Assembly: GCF_003918875.1 (NCBI RefSeq)
Contig: NW_025766990.1
Span: 930,001 to 994,000, forward strand
Source: Haliotis rubra
Lineage: Eukaryota
Direction of reading: 5' to 3'
Length of the DNA stretch: 64,000 nucleotides
Under the pieces are notes generated by a model. It saw only the letters and a list, made by a program, of their open reading frames with translations, did no database searches and was not told the DNA's origin. Position numbers and translations under genes: made by a program. This document shows, in pieces, positions 50,354 to 62,111 of the stretch; positions within the stretch are counted from its first letter, which is position 1; the number at the start of each line of letters is the position of its first letter.

Positions 50354-51741
50354 GATTGACAGAAGTTCTCAACTCTTCGCTGCAATGAAGCATTTTGAAA
50401 AACTAGTCTTCTACGTTCTGCAGTTGTTACGGTGTTTGTTTCCACCATTTGTCGAAGAGCACGTTCACGAGCTGCTTTTGGAAAATTAATTCCAAAATTG
50501 AAATTAGATTCCCGGTATCCATTGAGAAATATAGGATTTTCTATAGAGACCCTTCTGACTAAACTTTCTCGCCGAACTTCCTTAAAAGGATCATGACGAT
50601 ATCGATCCTGAGGCCTGACATAGTTGTAGATCCTCTTTCCTTTAAAAAGTATGTACCTCTTGTCATCTTTACTGGTATCAGCTGAGGGATCCGCATCCTC
50701 CTCACATATTGTCACATCTCCATTATTATCACCTGCGAGATCACATTTTGGACTCATGGCGACAGAAGCTTTCTTTGAATCATGAGACTCACTTTTACTT
50801 GGGTTGCTTGTTTGATTACTGTTTACCTGTTCAATGGTTGACGGGACACCTGTTTCGGGAACAGCCTTTTCTCGAATGACTGAGGTTAAATCCGTGGAAC
50901 AAACAGGATCCTGGTTGTTGAATTCCACTTCATCAAACCCGGATGGAGGATTAGCTCGATATTCCATTCCTGCAACTGAATGTGATCTATGTTTGCGATG
51001 CAGCATTTTAACCGCATCACCACCCCGTGTGCTTGGTTTTGTCACTGAAAGTGATCTTTGCTTCCTATTCCTCCTTATAACTGCAGCACCATCCTCTGTG
51101 TTTGTCCTTACAGATGACTGTAATCGTTGAGTTTCGTATTGAACAACATCTGTACCATCTTCCTTACTGTCTGCACTTTCAGAAGGATCATCTCTCACAT
51201 TATCTGTTTGCAAACGAAAAGCATGGCGTTTCTGTACTGGTGATGTTGTATTGCTTCTCTGGTCCCAGGAGGTCATTGGACGGGACACAGTGAGACTCTT
51301 CCCTCCCTGCCGTGATCCAGATGGTGCAGACTTGCAACCAACCCTGGGCAAGATTGGTCTGGAATCCTGGACACTTGGTCGTCGATACATATAAGGGTCA
51401 AATGGGTCGTTATATACGGCGTTGTAGGATGTCTCAGCGAACGTGAAAGCCCAGGGTTTTCGGAAATGCTTGGACAGGATTTGTTGGGATTTACAAATTG
51501 ACACATTTCCCTGGCAATATAGATCATCAACAACTGGACTTCTGCCGGATGTTCTGAATGTGTTTCGTCTGATGTGGAGAAGAGACTGCTTTTCCTTGAC
51601 CAGGGAGTCCTCCAGGAAGTGATGTTCTTGTTGAAGATGCTTCAGATGAAGATTAAGAGTTCTTTCCTCCTGGCGATTTTTTGCCCTTGCTAACACTTCA
51701 CCGTTTTTCAATGTGTTACCCCTAGGCATTCTTTTTGACAT
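50344..51741 (-). CDS. Uncharacterised 465-aa protein: N-terminal coiled coil, disordered S/R-rich middle, C-terminal helix
   Basis: Uninterrupted 1.4-kb ORF from ATG in non-repetitive DNA; heptad segment EVLARAKNRQEERTLNLHLKHLQQEHHFLEDSL; loosely CCDC190-like N-terminus (unverified). Confidence 0.8.
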   Translation of the reverse strand: MSKRMPRGNTLKNGEVLARAKNRQEERTLNLHLKHLQQEHHFLEDSLVKEKQSLLHIRRNTFRTSGRSPVVDDLYCQGNVSICKSQQILSKHFRKPWAFTFAETSYNAVYNDPFDPYMYRRPSVQDSRPILPRVGCKSAPSGSRQGGKSLTVSRPMTSWDQRSNTTSPVQKRHAFRLQTDNVRDDPSESADSKEDGTDVVQYETQRLQSSVRTNTEDGAAVIRRNRKQRSLSVTKPSTRGGDAVKMLHRKHRSHSVAGMEYRANPPSGFDEVEFNNQDPVCSTDLTSVIREKAVPETGVPSTIEQVNSNQTSNPSKSESHDSKKASVAMSPKCDLAGDNNGDVTICEEDADPSADTSKDDKRYILFKGKRIYNYVRPQDRYRHDPFKEVRRESLVRRVSIENPIFLNGYRESNFNFGINFPKAARERALRQMVETNTVTTAERRRLVFQNASLQRRVENFCQSSE

Positions 51742-52769
51742 AGTGAAACGTTACTTAATCCTTGAATGGAATTCTCCGTGGAACGGTTCTTAGTGATCTG
51801 TACTCATGAAGGCACACATCATTCGCTCAATACCACCCTCGTATCAATCAGCATAGCGAAATGAATATTTTGTCTGAAGTGATACGTCTTTAGTGCAGGG
51901 ACAAGTGTATTCCGTGGCCTTTACACCTTCTTTATCGGAGTACTTGATATTTTAAGAGGGGCTTTAAATTTGCTTCTGTATTGCTTACCTGTGCTGGCAT
52001 TTCAAGTCCAACGTCAAAGGTCACTTTGCAAGACGCCAACAAAATGATATGTCGCTACCTCTCTATGGGACTGGCAGTGTCAAGTCAAGTGCATGATTAT
52101 AGGAGGATTGTTATCAAATTGCCCAGATTTTATTACAGTCTGAAACAGTCGTTGATATCAAGGTAGAGCAAGATGTTGACACTCGGCAAATATTTTCCTA
52201 TAAATAAGCTTCCATCATCGGCAATACCCGATTTATTGGGATTATTAATGGACAATCCTAAATGCTTATCGTATAATATGACGCTTTTATGGTGGTTTAT
52301 GATATGCTGTGATAAAAGTCTTTTCTCACACTGTGGGGTGAGAGATAAGTTGTATCGGTGAGAAGGAGGCATCTGTAGACCCTCAGCCTTCGGCTGTACG
52401 TTGTCAGAGGCTTATCTGGGATCGCAGTACACCCTGATACAACATGTTGACATTAGTGTACATTAGCATAGCGGGAATGTCAGGATACACCGGCTGCCGT
52501 GCTCTGTATGTCAGTGGGCATGTCTTGTGTGGCCACCTCCATAAGTTTAAAAACACGTTCTTGTACTCGCTTTATGTGTTTTGTCAGGTAAGTGTTTAAC
52601 CGGAATGATACAGTACATGTTACGTCACAATGACTCTTAGGTATAGGTAGCTCCTGAATTGAAATATATATTCAATGTGCGGCAAAGTGAGTTTGTGTTC
52701 CTGTGTGTGTGCTTTTAGTAGCCCGTCCCATGGCTTCTTAGTGCTGTTCCACTAAGACACTATACCGCA

Positions 52770-54740
52770 GTAATGGGGTGTGCTCTATGGGGTAATGGGG
52801 TGTGCTCCCTGAGTAATAAAATGTGCTCTGTGCAGTAATCGGGGGTAGGGGATGGGGTGGGTGGGTGTGCTCTTTGGGGTAATGGGATGTGTTCCCTGGG
52901 GTAATGGAGTGTGCTCGCTGGGGTGATGGCATGTACCGCCTGGGGTAATGGGGTGTGTTCCCTAGGGGAATGGGGTGTGATCCCTGGTGTGATGGCATGC
53001 GCTCTCTGGGGTAATGATCGGGTGTGCCCCTGGGCGAATGGTGTGTGCTCTCTAGCGTAATGGGTCGTGATCTCTGGGGTGATGGCAAGTGCTTCCTGGG
53101 CTAATGGGGTGTGCTCTCTGGCGTAATGGGGCGTGCTCGCTGGGGTGATGGCATGTGTTCCCTGGGGCTAATGGGATGTGCTCTCTGGCTTAATGGGTCG
53201 TGCTTACTGGGGTGATGGCATGTGTTCCCTGGGGCTAATGGGATGTGCTCTCTGGCTTAATGGGGCGTGCTCGCTGGGGTGATGGCATGTGCTCCCTGGG
53301 CTAATGGGGTGTGCTCGCTGGGGTGATGGGGTGTGATCTCTGGCGTAATGGGGTGTGTTCCCTGGGGTAATGGAGTGTACTCGCTGGGGTGATGGCATGT
53401 GCCCCCTGGGGTAATGGGGTGTGTTCCCTAGGGGAATGGGGTGTGATCCCTGGTGTGATGGCATGCGCTCTCTGGGGTAATAATGGGGTGTGCCCCCTGG
53501 GCTAATGGGGTGTGCTCTCTAGTGTAATGGGGTGTGATCTCTGGGGTGATGGCATGTGTTCCCTGGGCTAATGGGGTGTGCTCTCTGGGGTAATGGGGAG
53601 TGACCTCTGGCGTAACGAGGTGTGCTCCTTGGGGTAATAGGGTGTGCTCCATGGGGTAATGGGATGTGCTCCAGGGGGTAATGGGGTGTGTTTTTTGGGT
53701 GTTGGCATGTGCTCTCTGGCGTAATGGGATGTGTTCTCTGGGGTAACGGGGTTTGCTCCAGGGGGTAATGGGATGTGCTCCAGGGGGTAATGGGATGTGC
53801 TCCAGGGGGTAATGGGATGTGCTCCAGGGGGTAATGGGGGGATTTGCTCCAGGGGGTAATGGGATGTGCTTCAGGGGGTAATGGGGTGTGCTTTCTGGGG
53901 TAGCATGTGCTCCAGGGGGTATTGGGGTGTGCTCCCTGGGGTAATGGGGTGTGCACCAGGGGGTAATGGGTGTGTGCTCCAGGTGGTAATGGGATGTGCT
54001 CCCTGGGGTAATGGAGTGTGCTCGATGAGGTAACGGGGTGTGGTCAAGGGGTAATGGGGTGTGCTTTCTGGGGTAGCATGTGCTCTCTGGGGTACTGACG
54101 TGTGCTCTTTGGGGTGATGGGTTGTGCTTTCTGGAGTAATGGGTGGTGTTCCCTTGGGTAATGGTGTGTGCTCTCTGGGGTGATGGCAAGTGCTCTCAGT
54201 GGTAACGAGGTGTGCTCTCTGGGGTAATGGCATGTGCTCTTTCGGGTAATTGGGTATTCTCCCTGGGGTAATGGTGTGTGCTCTCTGGGTATATGGCAAA
54301 TGCTCCCTGGGGTAATGGGGTGTGCTCCCTGGGGTAATGGCATGTGTTCCCTGGGCTAACGGAGTGTGCTCCATAGGGTAATGGTGTGTGTTCCCTGGAG
54401 TAATAGGGTGTGGTCCCTTGTTTGATGACAAGTGTTCCCTGAGCTAAAAGATTGTGCTCCCTGTGGTAATTGGTGCGCTCCGTAGGGTCATGGAATGTGC
54501 TCCCTGGTGTGATGATGACATGTGTTCCCTAGGGTATTCGGGTGTGGTTCCTGGTGTGAAGGAATGTACTCCCTTGGAGAATGAGGTGTACACCGTGGGG
54601 TAATGGGGTGTGTTCCTTGGGGTAATGGGTGTGATCCCGGGAGTGATGGCACGTGTTCCCTGGGAGAATGGGGTGTACTCCCTGGGGTAATGGGGTGTGA
54701 TCCCGGGAGTAATGGAATGCGCTATCTGGTGTAATGATGT
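52770..54740. repeat. ~2-kb G-rich minisatellite, ~22-bp diverged unit
   Basis: Consensus CTGGGGTAATGGGGTGTGCTCT with variant blocks (GGTGATGGCATGTG, CCAGGGGGTAATGGGATGTGCT). Confidence 0.97.
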
Positions 54741-55377
54741 GTGGTCACTGGTGTAACGAAAAGTGCTGTCTTGTGTTATTACATGTGCTTTCTGGTGTCT
54801 TGATACTCGGTATGACAGTATGCTCTGCTCTCTGATGTGGAGGCCTCTTTGAACACTCGTGTATGTGCCAAAATCGGTAGTGAAGTAAGGCAGTAGCAAT
54901 ATATACTCGACACGAAATGTTACTCAAGTGGTAAGTCAATATTTGTCAATCCGTTACACCTCCAGCCTAATGACTAAGTTTGGACCGGACTACTATTATG
55001 TTGACTCAACAAATGCACATAACCTGCACTTAAACTACGCTAAACACGAACAAGTGAAAGTAAGCAGATGTGTTGGATCACACTCATATCCGTCACACGT
55101 GACGAAAAACCTCCTAGCCAATTACATTTCACACATATGTACTTGTGCCAAGAGATACGACATGCGCGATATATCTGCCAATACAAATCCATAATTCGGA
55201 ACAATAGGTCTCCAGTAACCCTCCACTGGTTGCCACTAGATAACAGGTGGTTTAAATGTGTAAATGTAGATGTCTGGCTTGAGTAATTCGTTGCAACATG
55301 GAACCCTGGCTTAACTAACCATGCCATACCTCAAGTGGAAGAGAGACGACAGTGTATCTTCTAGCTCTCAATAATGG

Positions 55378-55530
55378 ATAACGCGTTGGCTCGTCCCTCC
55401 GAAGACCCGGGTTCGAATCCCCACATGGGCACAATGTGTGAAGCCCATTTCTGGTGTCCCCCACCGTGATATTGCTGGAATATTGCTAAAAGCGGCGTAA
55501 AACCAAACTCAGTCAGTCAGTCAGTCAGTC
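55378..55530 (+). mobile_element. SINE family A, slightly 5'-truncated
   Basis: TSD CTAGCTCTCAAT at 55361-55372 and 55531-55542. Confidence 0.9.
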
Positions 55531-55596
55531 CTAGCTCTCAATCACATACTCACATGTGATTATAAAACTATAAAAATAAACACTGAAACGCATCCA

Positions 55597-55852
55597 ACCA
55601 TAAGGGACTTCTTTGAGTGACCTTTAGAGGTTGGAGTGATGAACAACGAGGAGAGTTCTATGGATATACAACTTCTTAATTGTTAATATGAGGGACGTTT
55701 CGTCGGTGTAGCTACAACAATTTAATAACGGCGTTAGTAGCTACACCGAAACGTCGCTCATACTGATAATAAACAAGTTGTATATCCATAGAACTCTCCT
55801 CGTTATTCATCATCCCAACTTCTAAAGGTCACTCAAAGAAGTCCCTTATGGT
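55597..55852. mobile_element. Long palindrome formed by two inverted Penelope-like pLTR ends
   Basis: ~120-bp arms (ACCATAAGGGACTTCTTTGAGTGACCTTTAGA.GTTGG... and ...CCAACTTCTAAAGGTCACTCAAAGAAGTCCCTTATGGT); each arm carries the GAAACGTC half of the hammerhead. Confidence 0.85.
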
Positions 55853-55989
55853 ATACGTTATCAGGCAATGATGCTGACAAGCCAGAATCACATGGCAAAG
55901 GCGAATCTGGGATTCCGAACATTAATCGTCTAAAGCAAATGTCCTTCAATTTGCTGAGAACTACTGCGACTTGGTTGCCCTGGCAACGA

Positions 55990-56173
55990 CTGACTGACGG
56001 ACTGAGTTTGGTTTTACGCCGCTTCTAGCAATATTCCAGCAACATCACGGCGGGGGACACCAGAAATGGGCTTCACACATTGTACCCATGTGGGGATTCG
56101 AACCCGGGTCTTCGGCGTGACGAGCCAACGCTTTAACCACCCACTAGGCTAACCCACACACACCCCACACACA
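55990..56173 (-). mobile_element. SINE family A
   Basis: TSD CCCTGG(C/T)AACGA at ~55978 and ~56175. Confidence 0.9.
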
Positions 56174-56639
56174 CCCCTGGTAACGAGATAAAACAATCGA
56201 ATCGCATGTCACATTATCTCATCATATCTAGCACTGTAACACCGAATTAGTTCCTGTTGGTACAGGTAGCCACACAATAAAATACAAATATCAAAATATA
56301 CGTTGTGGATTTTTACCTCATTTTACTGAAGTAAATCTTAAAGTCTGCATGACATTTTTTAATTAAAAAAGCAATGCACTACAGGTAGGAATATTTCACA
56401 TGTGGAGATGTATGATGAATTATATATCTACTATCAATAGAACGTAGGGATAATCAATAAAAGGTGTCACATCTATTGAGTTTATACATTGAACGAGATA
56501 ATAGTTTAACCGTGTAATCAGGTTTTGATTTGCATTAGTCGTTACACGTCAGATTACCATAGATCTTTTAGATGATCGGCCAAAGCGCCCCACTGTTCAT
56601 CACGTCATTACCATGAAAGTCATTAATCATTAATATGGT

Positions 56640-57070
56640 GTGAATCCGCCTCTATTCTCAAGAGAAACCGGAATTCGACGACGTATACTTCTCCTAATCA
56701 AACGTCTAGTTTCATTGGTCCAATTGCATCCCATTCTTTACTTCAGGGCAGCGGCAAGTTCGTGGAGAGTGGCTGATAATTTTTGATATCCCAGACATAT
56801 ATAAGTGCTGGCCATGGTAAAGTGATTATGTTCCCCTGTTGGAGGTACTCAAGAACAATACGAACCGTGTGTGCTCTTACGTTGTCATTCTGAAACACAA
56901 AACGACGTCCACGTCCGTGCGCAGATAGCACCACATTTGCCTCCAGGATGTTGTTTCAGTGGTACTGCCCATTGACACGTCCGTGAATGACATGTAAAGG
57001 TATTCTGCCAGTCACAGTGAAACCACCCCACACCATTACTGAACCAGCCCCAAGTCGATCGCTCTGTCTA
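56640..57070 (-). mobile_element. Degraded Tc1 transposase C-terminal fragment
   Basis: GAGSVMVWGGF, FVFQNDNVRAHT, LPWPAL. Confidence 0.85.
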
Positions 57071-58503
57071 GATCAATATACAATCATAGAGCATGTTTCC
57101 AAAGTAATATCACCCCGAAATGGAACATCCCATACTTTTTGTAGTGCATATAGCGTGGATCTAGAAATCAAATACATGTTTGACGTGCATTGATTTAAGT
57201 TTTAAGCTACCACTAGAGACTGCATGCTAAGCTGACACAGTGAACGAATGTATAATACGAAAAGCGTCACATCGGATTAACGTCCTGAACGGATAACTCA
57301 AAAACACTCACAACATGTCATTCAATCCACGATAATAGGCGCGTAAGGAGACAACACCTCACAGCAGTGATAACATGCGAAAGCCATGGCTTGATACCTG
57401 GGTGACGCTCTACCTTCGGTCCAACGACCAATCCTAATATTATCAGTCAACGATAAGGAATACATTCATTCTGGCTGTCACATGTGTGACTACTGCGTGG
57501 TGACAAATGTTCACACGATATTTGGGATCACGCTGAGCTGGATATTAACTTTATAAACAGTTAATCTTCAATCAGAATTGCGAACTGTCCTCTGTAAATA
57601 TTTCCGTGAATGGTTGATATGATCCTGTTTGTTGTGGCGAAGGTAAATCACCGAACGAATCCCTCAGAGATATATGCATGTCATCATTAATTGTCATCGG
57701 GTATTATCTGTAGTCAAACAAGGCAATTTGTTTTGCAAGTCACAATACATACTTATGTGAATTACTGAAGTTGCTGATTAAAGCAGATTAAAAACATGTT
57801 CCTGTTTAGGCAAAGATTCCATCTCAAACATAACGCCTATGCCATTTACAGAATATATTAAGAACATTTTGAGAATATATTCCAGTGTTGTTTTGTGTGC
57901 ACTGTCAAAACATTCTCTCGTTTACATTACACTTCATGTTGATCTTTATAATTGATATTATAATTTTACATGTACTGTAAGAATATAAATGTGGCAAATG
58001 GAAGAAAGATATTAAAATTTGAAAAATATTCCCGACCGTAATATTTAGCTTGTATGTTTTGCATTGGTTTTGGTTTGTTTGTGTTTTCTTGGTTTGTTTT
58101 GTTTTTTGTAACCGTGACTATTAATCATCGATATCGACTTCATTGATTATTGTCAAGAGAGGGCACATTAGCTGGATCATTTAGTCATTTGTCTAGTCAA
58201 TATACCTTACTCTCCGCATGGGTCGTAGTAAATTAAAAAGATAAAGATTTTGAAATCTAGCTGACGATTATACGTGTCTCATATACGCCGAAGATAAATG
58301 GCATTCAGTAGAACACATTTCTCTGTCTATATAGTTTTGTCTATATCTGCTTGGTGTTACGCCGAATATTACGAGGGCATTCTGAGGAGGTGGAGGATGT
58401 GACAATATTTGTGGAATAACGATCCATAAATGATCGACATACACATCATCTTGGAACTGAATGAAAGGATAATTATTAGCGTCATCATCACACATTGAGA
58501 AGG

Positions 58504-59628
58504 ATGGACGATGGATACCACAGCAGATGGCCAGAGACGAGGCAGATGTTGGCCATAACAAGGCACTCTACCAGTAGTTCCAGCAGCAGAAGCTTCTCGA
58601 GACATGACTCTGATAGAAGGGATAGGAAGTCGCAGTTCCATCTTGCCGAGGAGGACAGGAGACTTCCACCACCCGCTGTGTTCTGGAGCGACAATGAGAG
58701 AGATGCATATAGGAAAAACAGAGTCATACAGAGTAAGTTAAATTCTGATTTGGATGACATCCGGATGCATAAACAGCATTCAACGCGGGTGATTAGATGT
58801 GACGCGATGAGATTCAGGTTACGTTCTTCACGATTTCCTCATCTTGTGCCCATGAAATTTGGTGTTTGGGGAAACTACAAGCAGATGCCTCGGTCAATAC
58901 AGTCGGGGCGTGGTGGGAATATAAGTAGCCTGAGGTGTTCACCGGTTGGAGATGACACTTCATCACCTACGGTATATTCTTCACCTATCCGACAAACTTC
59001 GACGGTTCATCTTACACCTACCAGGCAGTCTACGAATTTGTCCTTGCACAGAAATAGCAGCCTCAGAAGTTCCATTGGAGAGGCACAGGGTATTGACCAT
59101 AAACGACCAGAGACGAGTCCTGTCCTGGTTCGGGATGTACAATATCATACCAAACATAACGAGTCGGGTGACCGGATGGAAGCATCTCATAATGGTTCTA
59201 TACATCAACAATTACAACAAGATTCAGATCAAAATTCTGACAATGTACTGAACAATGACATTAGTACTTCATCACAGGATAATACTGAAGAAGCATGTGG
59301 AAATAAGAGTGTTCCTTCATCCATATTATCCAAAAGGAAAGCTCCAAGAAAGACAGTACGATGGAGTAATCCAGAATATTCCTTTCTGAGGTCGAGGACA
59401 ACGTTGGACGATCCATCCAAGGTGATCCCAAGTAAAAGTAAATTGGCATCTCTCTACAGTCCGATTCGTAACTTGGAGAACGCTTTGACATCTGAAAAGC
59501 TGAGGTTCCAAGACAGCCAAACTAAAGTGTCTGATTACGTGCGCAAGCTTGCAATATGTGGCTTTTCGAGACAGCTGGATACATGTCGTGATCTGGAGCA
59601 CAAACGAACAACTACCACTACAACATAA
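58504..59628 (+). CDS. Uncharacterised 374-aa protein: coiled-coil motif plus S-rich disordered region
   Basis: Uninterrupted 1.1-kb ORF, first ATG at 58504; ERDAYRKNRVIQSKLNSDL motif shared with the 50344..51741 protein. Confidence 0.75.
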   Translation: MDDGYHSRWPETRQMLAITRHSTSSSSSRSFSRHDSDRRDRKSQFHLAEEDRRLPPPAVFWSDNERDAYRKNRVIQSKLNSDLDDIRMHKQHSTRVIRCDAMRFRLRSSRFPHLVPMKFGVWGNYKQMPRSIQSGRGGNISSLRCSPVGDDTSSPTVYSSPIRQTSTVHLTPTRQSTNLSLHRNSSLRSSIGEAQGIDHKRPETSPVLVRDVQYHTKHNESGDRMEASHNGSIHQQLQQDSDQNSDNVLNNDISTSSQDNTEEACGNKSVPSSILSKRKAPRKTVRWSNPEYSFLRSRTTLDDPSKVIPSKSKLASLYSPIRNLENALTSEKLRFQDSQTKVSDYVRKLAICGFSRQLDTCRDLEHKRTTTTTT

Positions 59629-61234
59629 ACGATGTGATTGCAGGTATTTAGCCTGGTGGTGTACCAACCTATGCTTAGGCATACGATAATGGGATTGTAA
59701 GCATGCATAATAGATTATGTTTCTATTGTTATAATGAGATCAAGTCTAACGAGCTTTAGGAATGTGTTGTCCCTGCATTAAATGTCTGCTGATTATATTG
59801 CATTTTTTGTCAGAAAACATGACTATTTCCGTAGATTTCCGGGACAGTTACATGTAAACATGTCCCAAGAACACTGCAGAGAAAAACTTGCAGTTGGAGT
59901 CTTAACCGAAGGCTTACTGTAGGTAGTGCAAGACGAATAAGCTTTTTTTCAATTTAATCAAACGAAATTGTGATAGTATTGTGTCTGTATAGTGCCAGAA
60001 ACCTGCTATGATTAAAAGTTCATAAACAATTTCAGTAAACTCCTAGAATTCGACGCAAGGCGTCATTGCGAACATTCATACAAGGCATGGCCATGGTGGA
60101 ATGTTTACGGTTTTGGAACAGGCGGGCTGGGCATCCAGGTAATCCTGTAGTCTTGTTTAGCTCTAAAATGATAGGTAAGTTCCGAATTGTAATTATACAC
60201 AAAGAGGCAGTATCATTACATTGCTGTAGGTATTGTACACATCCTGTGTGTCTGAGCGCCATGGAATCAATACCTAACACTGCAAACAGGAAAACGTCGT
60301 TTTGACCTGTATATATACATTCGACAAAATACGACCTTTTCTGGGTGTATTCTTCCCATCGGAGTCTGAATAACGTCGTTATTTGACATCGGACTTGACT
60401 GCGAGAATATGATGTTATCATGCGTCTCCCTTTTCTTGATCTTGCGTAGATTTCGATGCTCATGCTGTTGATCACTAGATTGTCTGATCCAGACTCGATT
60501 GTTTACAGACCGCCGCCATATTGCTGGAATACTGCTGGAGTGCGGCGTTAAACAACAACCAACCAACGCTTTTCTTTATCGACATTGGACGACAAATCTA
60601 TATGTCAGGACTGGACAATTTTCAAATATTTAACAAACTAACGTCGTGTGGTTGCACAAAAACCGATCTGCAAAGCTTAATAAGGAATGTTTCAGTTACA
60701 TATTATGGTTATTGTACTCTTATGTGTGAAGACGGACCTCCACGTAAACTGAAAATGAATTATTACGCAGTCTTATGAAATACCGTTATCAGTATAAGAA
60801 TACTTCACGAAGTCATACAGAAAATTATTGATACACTGAGGAGTGTTTACATTCGGGAGAAAGTGCGCGCTATGCTCCATGATAATGACACCACGCGATA
60901 TGACAAATGTTGATATAGATACTCTCCTCTCACGTGGACAACTTCACATATGGAAACAAGTATCGCACCTCCGTTTTCATTTCTTCGTGAACATTGGATT
61001 GCGGCAGAGGTTCTAAAATGAATTTGTTAAAAATAAGCCTTGCTTCATTAACGACTTACCGTGATAGTAAGTGGTGGAGCGGAGGGGAAAATATTATGGG
61101 TTATTGAGTCTGACTATGTCCAGAATTCAGCAATGTAGCAAGTATATATGTTGTTAATGTAATAAAGGGAGTGTGATCGTTCAACATTAACTAGAGGACT
61201 GTGCGAAGGATGTATACAAATGATTCTATGTGTT

Positions 61235-61433
61235 TGTTTGTTGTTTAACTCAGCTATATATCGATTCTGAAATAGGCAATCCAGTGATCAACAGCATGAA
61301 CATGGATCTACGCTATTGGGCTACGATAAAATGTGTCAACTAAGTCAGCGAGCCTGACCGCCCGATCCCGTTAGTCGCCTTTTACGACAAGCATGGGCTA
61401 CTGAAGACCAATTCTAACCCGGATCTTCACGGG
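61235..61433 (-). mobile_element. SINE family B with intact head
   Basis: Minus strand CCCGTGAAGATCCGGGTTAGAATTGGTCTTCAGTAGCCCATGCTTGTCGTAAAAGGCGACTAACGGG. Confidence 0.9.
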
Positions 61434-61562
61434 TGTATCGAGACATGAACTTCTTATGAATGGAAGCTCGTTTTAATATCTTATGAACATGTAACAAAAT
61501 CCCATCCCCTGAAAAAGATCTGATATAATGTTAAGTTCCAATTCATCGTTTTCCTGGAATGT

Positions 61563-61660
61563 CTACTTGACCAGTAGGGTCAGCAGTAAAGCCAAAACAC
61601 AGGTCACACCACTTCGGACAGTTCCGGCCGAATCCGTCGTAGGGAATACCACATCCGGGC
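61563..61660 (-). CDS. Possible terminal exon encoding a GPI-signal-like hydrophobic tail
   Basis: Acceptor TTATTCACAG|GC; xPDVVFPTTDSAGTVRSGVTCVLALLLTLLVK*. Confidence 0.35.
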
Positions 61661-61719
61661 CTGTGAATAATTCAAATAAAGAAACAGTGATCTTCATCTC
61701 TCAATATCTCATCAAATCA

Positions 61720-61936
61720 GGACTGAGTTAATTGGTGTTTATGTCGCTTTTAGCAATGTTCCAGCTATATCACGGCGGGGAACACCGGAAATGGGCTTCA
61801 CACATTGTACCCATGTGGGGAATCGAACCCGGGTCTTCAGCGTGAGCCTGACCACCCGACCCCGTTAGTCGCCTCAACTATTACGACAAGCATGGGCTCC
61901 TGAAAATCATAGGTTCTTCTAACCCTGATCTTCACG
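61720..61936 (-). mobile_element. Chimeric SINE: family B head joined to family A body and tail
   Basis: Switch at ~61845 (TCTTCAGCGTGAG|CCTGACCACCCG). Confidence 0.8.
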
Positions 61937-61951
61937 TTTGATTCCATGATA

Positions 61952-62111
61952 TACTGAGAGAAACAAACAAAGGATCACACGAAAATTCAAGCGTTCCTTT
62001 AATATTTTCCAGTTTTCATCACCGTTTGGAATCGCACTGTGGCGATGAAAACTGGAATATAATAAGGAACGCTTGCATTTTCCTGTGATCCTTTATTTAT
62101 TTCTCTCAGTA
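61952..62111. mobile_element. Palindromic MITE-like hairpin element
   Basis: ~70-bp inverted arms TACTGAGAGAAA.AAA.AAAGGATCACA.GAAAAT.CAAGCGTTCCTT...TTCCAGTTTTCATC. Confidence 0.85.

Noticed and set aside
52738-54899. Pro/His-rich ORFs up to 253 aa (HPITPGSTPHYP repeats)
   Set aside because: Translations of the 22-bp minisatellite; open in several frames, and the unit length is not a multiple of 3
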